Sequence record: SRR22947725_1323
Strand: one strand, 5' to 3'
Length of the DNA stretch: 39,675 bases
Positions within the stretch are counted from its first letter, which is position 1. Every line of letters starts with the position of its first letter. Below are positions 12,544 to 21,832 of the stretch, piece after piece. The translations under genes and the position numbers were made by a program. The notes beneath the pieces were generated by a model. The model was not told the DNA's origin. It searched no databases and was given only the letters and a program-made list of their open reading frames with translations.

Positions 12544-13206
12544 ATGACCCAAGATGAATTGAAAAATGAGGTTGCTAAGGCTGCACTTAAGTATGTTGTT
12601 CCTGAAACTATTATAGGCGTTGGCACAGGCTCAACAGCAAATTTTTTTATTGATCAACTAGCGACAATTAAGGATTCCATAAGGGGCGCTGTTGCAAGCT
12701 CAATTGAAACAGCAAATCGACTTAAAAGTCATGGTATTGATGTTTTTGACCTAAATGAGGTCAGCGAAATTTCAGTTTATATCGATGGTACTGATGAGTC
12801 AAACCATGACCTTAACCTTATCAAGGGTGGAGGAGGTGCATTGACTCGTGAAAAAATTGTAGCCGCGACCTCTAAACAATTTGTTTGTATAGCTGATGAT
12901 TCAAAGCTTGTTGATATTTTGGGTAAATTTCCTTTACCAATTGAAGTGATTCCTATGGCCTCAAACTATGTAAAGCGTGAAGTTGTCAAATCAATTGGCG
13001 GCAATCCAATATTGAGAGAAGAATTTACTACGGACAATGGAAATCTAATACTTGATATTCACGATCTTAATATTGATAGCCCAAAAGCCCTTGAGAGTCA
13101 ACTTAATAATATTATGGGAGTGGTGACAAATGGACTATTTGCATGTCGGAGTGCCGACATACTTCTACTCGCCTCTCAAGAAGGGGTTGACATTATTGAG
13201 CCTTAA
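12544..13206 (+). CDS. rpiA: Ribose-5-phosphate isomerase A
   Basis: [23 protein letters not shown]; start at ATG 12544 (MTQDELK) after GGAGG. Confidence 0.96.
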   Translation: MTQDELKNEVAKAALKYVVPETIIGVGTGSTANFFIDQLATIKDSIRGAVASSIETANRLKSHGIDVFDLNEVSEISVYIDGTDESNHDLNLIKGGGGALTREKIVAATSKQFVCIADDSKLVDILGKFPLPIEVIPMASNYVKREVVKSIGGNPILREEFTTDNGNLILDIHDLNIDSPKALESQLNNIMGVVTNGLFACRSADILLLASQEGVDIIEP

Positions 13207-13273
13207 TAGTTACAATAGAAAAAATTATAGGTCGGTCACTAGCCCTATTCAAAAAAGGCCATTAGAAAATAAT

Positions 13274-13302
13274 TCCATTTAATAATATTAAATGGATTTT
13301 TT
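13274..13302 (+). terminator. 23-bp inverted repeat plus T6: possible intrinsic terminator of rpiA, or an operator
   Basis: TCCATTTAATA-A-TATTAAATGGA followed by TTTTTT; the stem is AT-rich. Confidence 0.45.
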
Positions 13303-13323
13303 AATGAGCTTAATTGACTGACT

Positions 13324-13740
13324 ATGAATAAATTCTTAAAATTTTTTGCAAAAACTCTCATTGCACTTCTTGGACTATGGTGCGTGGTCGCATCTGTTCT
13401 AGCTATTTATGACGTTTCACTCTATTTTCCCTTTTATATTTCTGAGGGAGAAGAGATGCCTTATCATAGAATGGTCGCTTTAAGAGTGACCATTTTACTT
13501 ACCTTTGCTTTTTACTCATTAAAATACTTGATATCTGAATCTAGGCAGTTATATCCTATTCAATTTTTAGATACAATTTTAAAGACTTATTTCTTTAGTG
13601 CTTTAGTTATTGGAATAAGATTTGATGTTGCAAAAAGTGAATACATTGTATTGCTTCTTTTTTTGCTTATGGCTATCTTTTCACATATTGTCTCAAGGCC
13701 TAAATTGAGAAGATATTATTATTCTAAGTTCTCCGATTAA
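13324..13740 (+). CDS. Hypothetical membrane protein (about 4 TM helices)
   Basis: 138-aa ORF filling the gap, four hydrophobic stretches, basic termini; no family recognised. Confidence 0.7.
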   Translation: MNKFLKFFAKTLIALLGLWCVVASVLAIYDVSLYFPFYISEGEEMPYHRMVALRVTILLTFAFYSLKYLISESRQLYPIQFLDTILKTYFFSALVIGIRFDVAKSEYIVLLLFLLMAIFSHIVSRPKLRRYYYSKFSD

Positions 13741-13770
13741 CTATATAGACTTTACCTCTTTAAAACTTCG

Positions 13771-13790
13771 AATTCTGTTATTATTGAATT
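13771..13790 (+). promoter_or_regulatory. Putative extended -10 promoter of the sulfur-relay cassette within a short inverted repeat
   Basis: TGTTATTAT at 13776-13784 flanked by AATTC (13771-13775) and GAATT (13786-13790). Confidence 0.35.
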
Positions 13791-13813
13791 AAATAATTTC
13801 GATTTAATTAGAA

Positions 13814-14245
13814 ATGCATAACTTTACGCCCATTAGCGCTTTAATTGGAGGCATCATTATTGGCCTTTCTGTCGTTTTATATTTTTATGCCACAGGGCGA
13901 CTAGCAGGAATTAGTGGAATCTTTGAAAATGCTATTACGCAAACGTCTCAAAGAGTTTCAAATACTTTGTTTTTAATTGGGCTGGTAGTAGGCCCATTAA
14001 TTATCTACAATATAGTCTTACCAAATAATCCAATCGCTTTTGAAATAACCCATTCATACCTTTTAATTATTCCTGGTGGATTTTTGGTTGGTTTTGGGAC
14101 TAGGTTAGGAGGTGGCTGTACCTCTGGTCATGGAATATGTGGTATTGGTAGATTATCAGTCAACTCTATGGTTGCAACTGCAACATTTGTTGCAATAGGA
14201 GTCTTAACAGTATTCACCCTTCAGCAGTTTGGGATCTATCTATGA
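13814..14245 (+). CDS. YeeE/YedE-family sulfur-compound transport protein (PmpA/B-type half transporter)
   Basis: GRLAGISG and GGCTSGHGICG motifs; four TM segments. Confidence 0.9.
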   Translation: MHNFTPISALIGGIIIGLSVVLYFYATGRLAGISGIFENAITQTSQRVSNTLFLIGLVVGPLIIYNIVLPNNPIAFEITHSYLLIIPGGFLVGFGTRLGGGCTSGHGICGIGRLSVNSMVATATFVAIGVLTVFTLQQFGIYL

Positions 14246-14652
14246 GTGACAAAATTATCTCCCTTGTCTCAGGTATTATCTTTGGAATCGGTCTAGTTAT
14301 TTCAGGAATGACTAATCCTGAAAAAGTAATTGGGTTTTTGAGCATCACTCATAACTGGGATGCCTCTCTTATTTTTGTCATGGGTGGCGGTATTATTACT
14401 GCTGGACCATTCTTTTATCTTATGAGAAATAGACAAACATCTTCCCTGGGTAATCAAATTGATTTACCGAAGAAACAAAAGCTTGATAAAAAGATTATTA
14501 TTGGTGCATCGCTTTTTGGAGTAGGTTGGGGGCTTGTTGGCCTTTGCCCTGGTCCAGCTATCGCTGCAATAGCAACTTTTGACCCAATAATCATAGTGTT
14601 CCTGCTTTCAATGGCTGCAGGGGTTTTAGTTAAAAAAAATATAATCAAATAA
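14242..14652 (+). CDS. YeeE/YedE-family membrane protein (partner half transporter)
   Basis: GLVISGMTNPEKVIGFL, GWGLVGLCPGPA; ATGA overlap with the preceding gene. Confidence 0.88.
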   Translation: MSDKIISLVSGIIFGIGLVISGMTNPEKVIGFLSITHNWDASLIFVMGGGIITAGPFFYLMRNRQTSSLGNQIDLPKKQKLDKKIIIGASLFGVGWGLVGLCPGPAIAAIATFDPIIIVFLLSMAAGVLVKKNIIK

Positions 14653-14701
14653 CAGTCATAACCTACTAAAATATTCTTACTTAACTTTTGAGGTGATTTC
14701 T

Positions 14702-14926
14702 ATGGCTGATCATACTCTAGACATGTGTGGATTTGCATGTCCAATGCCAATTTTAAAAACTAAGCAAGCACTAGCTTCAATGGAATCAAAAGAGATTATT
14801 GAGGTCATTTGTACTGATCAAGGATCAAAAAAGGATTTTGTTGCCTTTTGTAACCAGCTTGGCCACAAGTTAATCTCTCAAAAAGATGATGGCAATAAAA
14901 TCATCTTTAATATTGAAAAGAATTAG
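14702..14926 (+). CDS. tusA: TusA-family sulfur carrier protein
   Basis: CPMP motif near the N-terminus; ATG at 14702 after GAGGTG. Confidence 0.88.
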   Translation: MADHTLDMCGFACPMPILKTKQALASMESKEIIEVICTDQGSKKDFVAFCNQLGHKLISQKDDGNKIIFNIEKN

Positions 14927-14931
14927 ACTCT

Positions 14932-15450
14932 ATGACATCTGACTCTAACGAAATGACGCTCATTGCCTCAAAAGGAACACTCGACTGGGCTTATCCTCCC
15001 TTTATTTTAGCTTCAACTGGCATTGCTATGGGTAAGGAGGTAACTGTTTTTTGTACTTTCTATGGGTTAAACCTTCTACTCAAAGACTTGTCGCATCTGA
15101 GAATTTCGCCCCAGGGTAATCCTGATATGCCAATGAAAATGCCTTTTGGGCCAAAGTGGCTTCAGTCAATAGATTTTGGTCCAAAAATTCCCAATATTAT
15201 TTGGAATATCCCTGGCTTTGAGCTTTTCGCCACAAAAATGATGAAAAAAACATTTCAAAACAATGGCATGGCAACTATTGAGGAGCTCAGAAGTATTTGT
15301 GTGGAAATGGGAGTTAAATTTATAGCCTGTGAGATGACTATGGGGATGTTTGGCTTCTCAAGAGATGAATTTATTGAAGGAATAGAGTTTGCTGGTGCTG
15401 CAACTTATCTGGATGTCGCTCAAAAATCTAGTCAAGATTTATTTATTTAG
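14932..15450 (+). CDS. DsrE/DsrF/DrsH-like sulfurtransferase (DsrE2-type)
   Basis: KGTLDWAYPPFILAST, FCTFYGL, ACEMTM, GAATYL; directly after tusA. Confidence 0.88.
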   Translation: MTSDSNEMTLIASKGTLDWAYPPFILASTGIAMGKEVTVFCTFYGLNLLLKDLSHLRISPQGNPDMPMKMPFGPKWLQSIDFGPKIPNIIWNIPGFELFATKMMKKTFQNNGMATIEELRSICVEMGVKFIACEMTMGMFGFSRDEFIEGIEFAGAATYLDVAQKSSQDLFI

Positions 15451-15451
15451 T

Positions 15452-16108
15452 TTATCGCCAGTCAAGATTTGGCCAACCATTCTTATTTGCCGTACTAGTC
15501 AATCTTGGATCGCCATTAATAGCTACAGGATTATCCACAAGCTCAAGAAGTGGGAGGTCATTGTGAGAGTCAGAGTAGAAATAAGAGCCCTTCAAATTCT
15601 TATTATGTTTTTCAATCCAAGGCATCAAATTATCAATTTTCCCTGACTGAAAACATGGAACTCCTGAAACTTTACCTGTAAAACGTCCATCTTTAAATTC
15701 AGGCTCTGTGGCCAGTAGATGATTTATTCCATACATCTCAGCTATTGGAGCAGTTATAAATGTATTGGATGCAGTAATCACAAGAACAGTATCGCCATTT
15801 TCTTTATGCTGGTTAATGCAGCTTTGAGCTTTATCAAGAAAAATAGGCTCAATTTTTTGGTGAATAAAATTCTGACGAAGATCATTAAGCTCATCTATAG
15901 AATATTCAGTTAGAACTTTAAAACTAAATTCTGCCCAGGCATAAATATCTAACTTACCAACTTCATATTGCTGATAAAAATATTCATTCATCTTTTGAAA
16001 AGAGGCCGTGTCTTCAATTATTCCTTTTTCGCATAAAAACTCACCCCACAGATAATCACTGTCTCCACCAATAAGCGTATTATCAAGGTCAAACATTGCT
16101 AAAGACAT
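15452..16108 (-). CDS. HAD-IB family phosphatase (SerB/histidinol-phosphatase-like)
   Basis: FDLDNTL motif I, ITAS motif II, YSDSHNDLPLL motif IV. Confidence 0.88.
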   Translation of the reverse strand: MSLAMFDLDNTLIGGDSDYLWGEFLCEKGIIEDTASFQKMNEYFYQQYEVGKLDIYAWAEFSFKVLTEYSIDELNDLRQNFIHQKIEPIFLDKAQSCINQHKENGDTVLVITASNTFITAPIAEMYGINHLLATEPEFKDGRFTGKVSGVPCFQSGKIDNLMPWIEKHNKNLKGSYFYSDSHNDLPLLELVDNPVAINGDPRLTSTANKNGWPNLDWR

Positions 16109-16701
16109 ACTTCTGACTCCACGATAGTCATTATTTCTTCAATAGAATCAACAACCTTAATTAATTCAAAATGCTCCCGATTGACATATGATTTATCAAC
16201 AGTTTGCTCGATCCAGGATAGGAGCGAACTCCAAAATTTAGAATCATACAATATGATTGGAACTTTGTTCATTTTACGGGTTTGCATCAATGTTAAAACT
16301 TCCATTAACTCATCAGCAGTGCCGTACCCACCAGGAAAATAAATACAGGCACTTGAGTACTTAACAAGCATGACTTTTCTAGAAAAGAAATAGTTAAAAG
16401 TAATATTTTCATCTAAATAGGGATTACTAGATTGTTCATTTGGTAACTCAATATTAAGACCTATACTCTTAGATTTTCCTTCATAAGCGCCCTTATTGGA
16501 AGCACTCATAATCCCAGGACCGCCGCCTGTAAAAACATTATATCCAGCATTTGATAATTCTTTTCCTAGCCGATAGGCATCTGTATAGATCGGATCAGAT
16601 TCCTGAATTCGAGCCGACCCAAAAATGGTCACATTATTTTTGAAGTTTTGAAGTCGTTCCTTTGCTGACAATAATTCAGCACCAACTGTAACTAAGCTCA
16701 T
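16099..16701 (-). CDS. LOG-family nucleotide monophosphate nucleosidase (TIGR00730-like)
   Basis: [22 protein letters not shown]. Confidence 0.88.
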   Translation of the reverse strand: MSLVTVGAELLSAKERLQNFKNNVTIFGSARIQESDPIYTDAYRLGKELSNAGYNVFTGGGPGIMSASNKGAYEGKSKSIGLNIELPNEQSSNPYLDENITFNYFFSRKVMLVKYSSACIYFPGGYGTADELMEVLTLMQTRKMNKVPIILYDSKFWSSLLSWIEQTVDKSYVNREHFELIKVVDSIEEIMTIVESEVCL

Positions 16702-17981
16702 AGTGAAGAAAAGACAGAAGAGGCTGTCTCTATTGTTTTAGTAATGTCTTCATCTGAGTGTGCTATTGATAGAAAACCAGCCTCATAGGCTGAAGGTGCA
16801 AGATAGATACCTTTTTTTAGCATGGCATTATAGAATTTTTTAAATAGTTCAATATCACAACTAGATGCCTGAGAGAAATTACTTACTTTTTCTTCTGAAC
16901 TAAAAAATAAACCAAACATACCGCCAACATAATTAGATGTCATAGGGATATTATGAGATTTAGCTGCCGATACAATACCATCAACTAAATTAGAGGCTCT
17001 TCGACCCAGGTTTTGATAAAAAGATTTATCAGATTCCAGAGCGCTAAGCATAGCGATACCTGATGCCATAGAAAGTGGATTACCTGAAAGTGTACCTGCT
17101 TGATAAACAGGGCCTAGAGGGGCTATTTGACTCATGATTTCTCTCTTCCCCCCAAAGGCAGCAACTGGAAGCCCACCTCCAATTACCTTTCCTAATGCCG
17201 TAAGGTCAGGTACAACATCATAAACTTCTTGCGCACCCCCTAAAGCTACTCTAAATCCTGTCATCACCTCATCAAAAATCAGAACAGCACCATACTCATC
17301 ACAAATCTTGCGTAAGCCCTGCAAAAAACCTTCTTTAGGAGGTATACAATTCATATTGCCTGCAATGGGTTCAACAATTATGCATCCAATCTCCTCACCC
17401 ATCTTAGAAAATAAATCCTCGACAAGCTCCAGATTATTGAACTCAAGAGTCAGAGTATGTTTTGCAAGATCACCAGGAACGCCGGGGGATGTTGGAACCC
17501 CTAGCGTTAGAGCACCTGACCCCGCCTTAACTAACAAAGAATCAGAATGGCCGTGATAGCAGCCCTCAAATTTCAAAATTTTATCTCGGTTTGTATAGCC
17601 CCTTGCTAATCGAATTGCACTCATAGTTGCCTCAGTTCCAGAACTGACCATTCGAACTAGCTCTATGGATGGCATGATCTGACAAACTTTTTTTGCAAGT
17701 GAAGTTTCAATCTGAGTTGGCGCCCCAAAGCCCAAACCTTTATCTAAAACTGACTTAACTGCATCAATGATAACTGGATTAGAATGGCCTAAGATCATGG
17801 GCCCCCAAGAGCCTACATAATCAATATAAGAATTTCCATCTACGTCAAAAAGATAAGCGCCCTCACCTCTATCAAAAAAAACTGGATCTCCCCCCACACC
17901 ATTAAAGGCCCTAACTGGAGAGTTCACTCCTCCGGGTATATATTCTTTAGCCTCTTTAAATAAAATTGAAGATTGGTTCAT
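16698..17981 (-). CDS. hemL: Glutamate-1-semialdehyde 2,1-aminomutase
   Basis: [34 protein letters not shown]. Confidence 0.97.
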   Translation of the reverse strand: MNQSSILFKEAKEYIPGGVNSPVRAFNGVGGDPVFFDRGEGAYLFDVDGNSYIDYVGSWGPMILGHSNPVIIDAVKSVLDKGLGFGAPTQIETSLAKKVCQIMPSIELVRMVSSGTEATMSAIRLARGYTNRDKILKFEGCYHGHSDSLLVKAGSGALTLGVPTSPGVPGDLAKHTLTLEFNNLELVEDLFSKMGEEIGCIIVEPIAGNMNCIPPKEGFLQGLRKICDEYGAVLIFDEVMTGFRVALGGAQEVYDVVPDLTALGKVIGGGLPVAAFGGKREIMSQIAPLGPVYQAGTLSGNPLSMASGIAMLSALESDKSFYQNLGRRASNLVDGIVSAAKSHNIPMTSNYVGGMFGLFFSSEEKVSNFSQASSCDIELFKKFYNAMLKKGIYLAPSAYEAGFLSIAHSDEDITKTIETASSVFSSL

Positions 17982-19021
17982 TAATACTCCTGAATATTAG
18001 TAATCGCTGGGTACTTTTTTAAATTGGTTATGTGTGACCAGACAACCAACACATTATCCAATAATAATTTAATATTTATAGTTGTTTGTGCCATTGATAT
18101 AGCACGATTTGTATCATCAAGCAGTTTGAATAGATTATTGAATGATGTTTTTTCAACAACTTGATTAAGCTCTAGATTTGCTCCTTCATGATCTAACACT
18201 TTAATTTTAATAGCTTCATTCAAAAGATGCTGTAAACATTTAAGAACTTCAAGTTCATGATCAACAAATATATCAGTATTTGATATTTTGGTTGGACTTA
18301 GCACAATCTCAAGCAATAAATTCTGCCAACTCTGATATTTAAGAAAATAATCACCTTTAAGATCATCGAGTGCTTTTTGAGGAACCCCGTGGGAACTCTC
18401 TAGAAGTTGCATAGAATCAAAATCATCTCTTGTGTTTTCAGTAATTTGATTTGAAAGCCAATCCGCGCTCTCCTGATCATAAGTGGGATTAATATGAATA
18501 GTTTGACATCGAGACAGTATAGTCTTTGGAAGAAGGTTTATATTATGTGCTAACAAAATAATAAGTGTATTTTTTCTAGGCTCTTCTAACGTTTTTAATA
18601 GGCTATTAGCTGCATTATTGTTCATTTGATCTGCATAAAAAATGACGCCAATCTGAAGAGAGTCAGCCGTTTTACTCAATACCTCACAAAAAGCACGAAT
18701 TTGATCAACCCGAATTTCTTTTGACATTGAGCCTGAATCATTAAGCTCAGTTCTACAGTAGATTAAATTTGGGTAATGAGAGCGCCGAATTAAAACACTG
18801 TGACCCAGCTCTTCCTCTGGCTGATCTTTTTGAAGAGATTGACAAAACTCGCATGTGCCACAGGAAGAGCTAGGACAAAGAAGTTTTTGAATAAAGTTTT
18901 GAGTCAAATTGAGTTTACCAATTTTATCAACTCCAGTAATAAGCAATGCATGAGGTAAATGATTCTGCTGAACCATTTTATCGAGCTTGTCACTGGCACT
19001 CTTTTGCCAAGGAGGAATCAT
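17981..19021 (-). CDS. holB: DNA polymerase III subunit delta'
   Basis: PHALL, Zn cysteines [30 protein letters not shown]; follows tmk. Confidence 0.9.
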   Translation of the reverse strand: MIPPWQKSASDKLDKMVQQNHLPHALLITGVDKIGKLNLTQNFIQKLLCPSSSCGTCEFCQSLQKDQPEEELGHSVLIRRSHYPNLIYCRTELNDSGSMSKEIRVDQIRAFCEVLSKTADSLQIGVIFYADQMNNNAANSLLKTLEEPRKNTLIILLAHNINLLPKTILSRCQTIHINPTYDQESADWLSNQITENTRDDFDSMQLLESSHGVPQKALDDLKGDYFLKYQSWQNLLLEIVLSPTKISNTDIFVDHELEVLKCLQHLLNEAIKIKVLDHEGANLELNQVVEKTSFNNLFKLLDDTNRAISMAQTTINIKLLLDNVLVVWSHITNLKKYPAITNIQEY

Positions 19022-19635
19022 ATTGAGTCTACGAGTAATCTAATTTTTTCATGAATATCATTAATTGTTCCACTTGCATCAATTAACTTAATTCTTTTAG
19101 GAAAGGCCTCAGACCTACTAATGAATACAGATCTTACACGTTCAAAAAAAGCTCTCTCCTCAAGCTCAATTCTGTCTTTTGCAGCACGAGCCTCAATTCT
19201 GGTCATGCCTATCTCAACGCTGATATCAAGTAATAGAGTTAGATCAGGCTGAAAGTCACCTAAGACCCATTCTTCTAATTTAGCAATTCGATCTAAATTA
19301 AGCATCCTCCCACCACCTTGATAAGCAAAAGAAGCATCAGTAAAACGATCACTGACAACCCAAGAACCGTTATTCAGAGCTGGGATAATTTTATTTTGTA
19401 TGAGCTCGTTTCTAGAACTAAACATTAATAATAACTCTGTATCACTGTGCATTTCTTGGTTGTCAACGTCAAGCAATACGGAGCGAATTTTTTCTCCAAC
19501 ATCAGTACCGCCTGGTTCACGAGTTCTCACAACTTTAATACCTTTTCGCTGCAAATAGCTACAAATAAGATCTATTTGTGTACTTTTACCAGCACCCTCA
19601 ACACCATCAATTGTGATAAACCTTCCTTTATTCAT
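19018..19635 (-). CDS. tmk: Thymidylate kinase
   Basis: GVEGAGKST, TREPGG, DRFTDASFAYQG; likely start MNKGRF at 19635. Confidence 0.96.
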   Translation of the reverse strand: MNKGRFITIDGVEGAGKSTQIDLICSYLQRKGIKVVRTREPGGTDVGEKIRSVLLDVDNQEMHSDTELLLMFSSRNELIQNKIIPALNNGSWVVSDRFTDASFAYQGGGRMLNLDRIAKLEEWVLGDFQPDLTLLLDISVEIGMTRIEARAAKDRIELEERAFFERVRSVFISRSEAFPKRIKLIDASGTINDIHEKIRLLVDSI

Positions 19636-19651
19636 AGCATACAATTTTAAA

Positions 19652-20641
19652 CTAGTTATTATTTAAGTACTTCTTGATATTCTCTTTATGTTTTTCATAA
19701 TTTGGAGCAAATGCATGGCTTCCATCCTTCTTTGAAACAAAATACAAGTCATTTTCCTTTGCAGGGTGAAGAGCTGCATACAATGAAGCTTGCCCAGCTG
19801 AAGATATAGCTCCTGGAGGCAAACCTTTATTACGGTATGTATTATATGGATGATCAATCTTTAAATCGCTTCGAGTTAATGGAGATGAGTAGGCATCTCC
19901 CAATGCGTATATCACTGTTGGGTCTGTCTGAAGTCGCATATTTAAATTCAGTCTTGCTATAAAAACACTTGAAATTAATGGTTTTTCATAATCTAAGGCA
20001 GTTTCATTTTCTATTAAAGAGGCAAGGATTATGGCCTGATATGGCGAAGTAAGCGGAATACTCCTATCTCTTTTTTCCCACATCTCTGATATCTTTATTT
20101 TCATTGCCAAATGCGATCTTTTCAAAACATTTTCAACACTCTCACCATAATTAAAGATATATGTTTCAGGATAAAACCAGCCATCATATGGCTCCTTGAC
20201 TCCAATTGAGTTCATAACTTGATCAAATGAGCCTATTTTTGTGAGCGATGGATCATTTTTTAACTGATTAAAATAGTATTTAATTGTTTTTCCTTCAACT
20301 AAAGTAATTTTAGTTTTGAGTACATCTCCTCTTGAAATTTTCTCTATAAATTCAAATACAGAGGTGTTAGGCTTTAATTCATAGTAGCCAGACTTTAATT
20401 TTTTATTAGCACTAAGTAGCCTGCTTAGTGTTGTAAAAAATAATTTTGACTTAATTAGTTTTTTTTCGCTTAAATCTTGCGCAACGACTCCCATTGAAGC
20501 GCCAGATTTAACTTGAATAATTTGTGTTTGGACAGAAGTTATATCCTTAGATACAAGAATCCAAGCCATAAATAGAAGCAAAAAAATAGATGCAACAAGT
20601 CTTGAAAAGAATTTATTCTTATTATTTACAAGCATGTCCAA
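19652..20641 (-). CDS. mltG: Endolytic murein transglycosylase MltG
   Basis: TM anchor, ASLIENET, LQTDPTVIY, PYNTY, GLPPG; pabC-mltG-tmk-holB order; start may be 20635. Confidence 0.93.
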   Translation of the reverse strand: MDMLVNNKNKFFSRLVASIFLLLFMAWILVSKDITSVQTQIIQVKSGASMGVVAQDLSEKKLIKSKLFFTTLSRLLSANKKLKSGYYELKPNTSVFEFIEKISRGDVLKTKITLVEGKTIKYYFNQLKNDPSLTKIGSFDQVMNSIGVKEPYDGWFYPETYIFNYGESVENVLKRSHLAMKIKISEMWEKRDRSIPLTSPYQAIILASLIENETALDYEKPLISSVFIARLNLNMRLQTDPTVIYALGDAYSSPLTRSDLKIDHPYNTYRNKGLPPGAISSAGQASLYAALHPAKENDLYFVSKKDGSHAFAPNYEKHKENIKKYLNNN

Positions 20642-21459
20642 GATTTAATATCTTGAGTAATAGACGAATATGCAGCACTAATTTTCTCAGTTATTGGGTT
20701 ATTAGTTAGGTAATAATCGCCAATTGAAGTGACTGGCTGAATGCCAATCAGGCTATTTGAAACGAATACTTCATTAGCTTTCTCTAGCTGCTTAATTGAA
20801 ATATCATCCTCTCTCACCTCTAAGTTGGTTAATCTTGAAAGTTCTAAAATTATCGATCTTCTGCTGCCAATCACACCGCACCTCTCTAATTTAGGGGTAA
20901 TCAACTTATTACCAAATATTAAATAGATATTGCCTTGAGTTACTGAAACTACCGATTGATTCTCATCAAGCATAATAGCTTCATCAGCCAACATGTTTGT
21001 TCGAGCCAAAATTTGTTCAAGCCTATTACAATGCTTAATGCCTGCTAAATTTGGGTTTGAGTGAAACCCACTTATTGCAAATTCTAGTGAGTAAGTTTCT
21101 TTAGTTTTATACTCATTCATTTGAGATACAATTACAACTCTAACTGGCTCAATATCCTTACTATAGCTATAGCCTCTGAGTGAATTACCACGTGACAATA
21201 TTAATTTAACAATGCAATTTTTTTCTGAAGATAGACTGAGTGCTTTTTTTATATCTTCTAGCCAAACTGAATTCGCTATTTTTTTGATATTTAACCTATC
21301 ACACCCATTATTTAGTCGCGAAAAGTGGTTATCCCAAAATAAAACTTTATTGTCTTTTGCAACACAGGTTTCAAATAAACCGTCACCATACTGCATATTA
21401 CGATTAAAGATACTAACATTAGACTTCACCTCGCCATTTATGATTACTAAAGGTTCCAT
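20626..21459 (-). CDS. pabC: Aminodeoxychorismate lyase
   Basis: YGDGLFET, GIKHCNRLEQ; synteny with mltG. Confidence 0.9.
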   Translation of the reverse strand: MEPLVIINGEVKSNVSIFNRNMQYGDGLFETCVAKDNKVLFWDNHFSRLNNGCDRLNIKKIANSVWLEDIKKALSLSSEKNCIVKLILSRGNSLRGYSYSKDIEPVRVVIVSQMNEYKTKETYSLEFAISGFHSNPNLAGIKHCNRLEQILARTNMLADEAIMLDENQSVVSVTQGNIYLIFGNKLITPKLERCGVIGSRRSIILELSRLTNLEVREDDISIKQLEKANEVFVSNSLIGIQPVTSIGDYYLTNNPITEKISAAYSSITQDIKSWTCL

Positions 21460-21471
21460 GTCGTATTTTTT

Positions 21472-21501
21472 AATCTATAGCAATTTTAATTGATCAGTCA
21501 A
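21472..21501 (-). promoter_or_regulatory. Putative sigma70 promoter for pabC
   Basis: Minus strand TTGACT-18 bp-TAGATT. Confidence 0.35.
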
Positions 21502-21511
21502 TAATAGTTAA

Positions 21512-21823
21512 TTATGAGTATGAACAGCAATAATCAACGACAGTTTTAACTTCTAACTTGAACACACTTTGTGAAGGCACTTCAAAAGACTCTCCTGATT
21601 TGATAGTTTGCCAAGCATTATTTCCAGGGAGCAAAACATTAAGCTCTCCAGCCATAATCTCCATTAATTCATGTTTTTCAGTCGAGAATTCAAATGACCC
21701 AGGCATCATGATTCCTAGTGTTTTTGTAGCTCCATCATTGAACTTTACAACACGACTTGTGACTTTACCATCAAAGTAAATATTTGCCTCTTTAATAATT
21801 TCAACGTCTTCAAATGTTGGCAT
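21512..21823 (-). CDS. ppnP: Pyrimidine/purine nucleoside phosphorylase
   Basis: ANIYFDGKVTSR, KTLGIMMPG, DYCCSY; 103-aa cupin-like protein. Confidence 0.9.
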   Translation of the reverse strand: MPTFEDVEIIKEANIYFDGKVTSRVVKFNDGATKTLGIMMPGSFEFSTEKHELMEIMAGELNVLLPGNNAWQTIKSGESFEVPSQSVFKLEVKTVVDYCCSYS

Positions 21824-21832
21824 AATCTGTTC

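Noticed and set aside
12448-12626. Apparent head-to-head overlap of rdgB and rpiA in the ORF track
   Set aside because: Artefact of longest-ORF calling; family-typical N-termini start at 12506 and 12544
13772-13789. SqrR-type ATTC-N8-GAAT operator before the sulfur cassette
   Set aside because: The spacer is 10 bp, not 8, and no ArsR-family regulator is in the window; kept only as a weak inverted repeat
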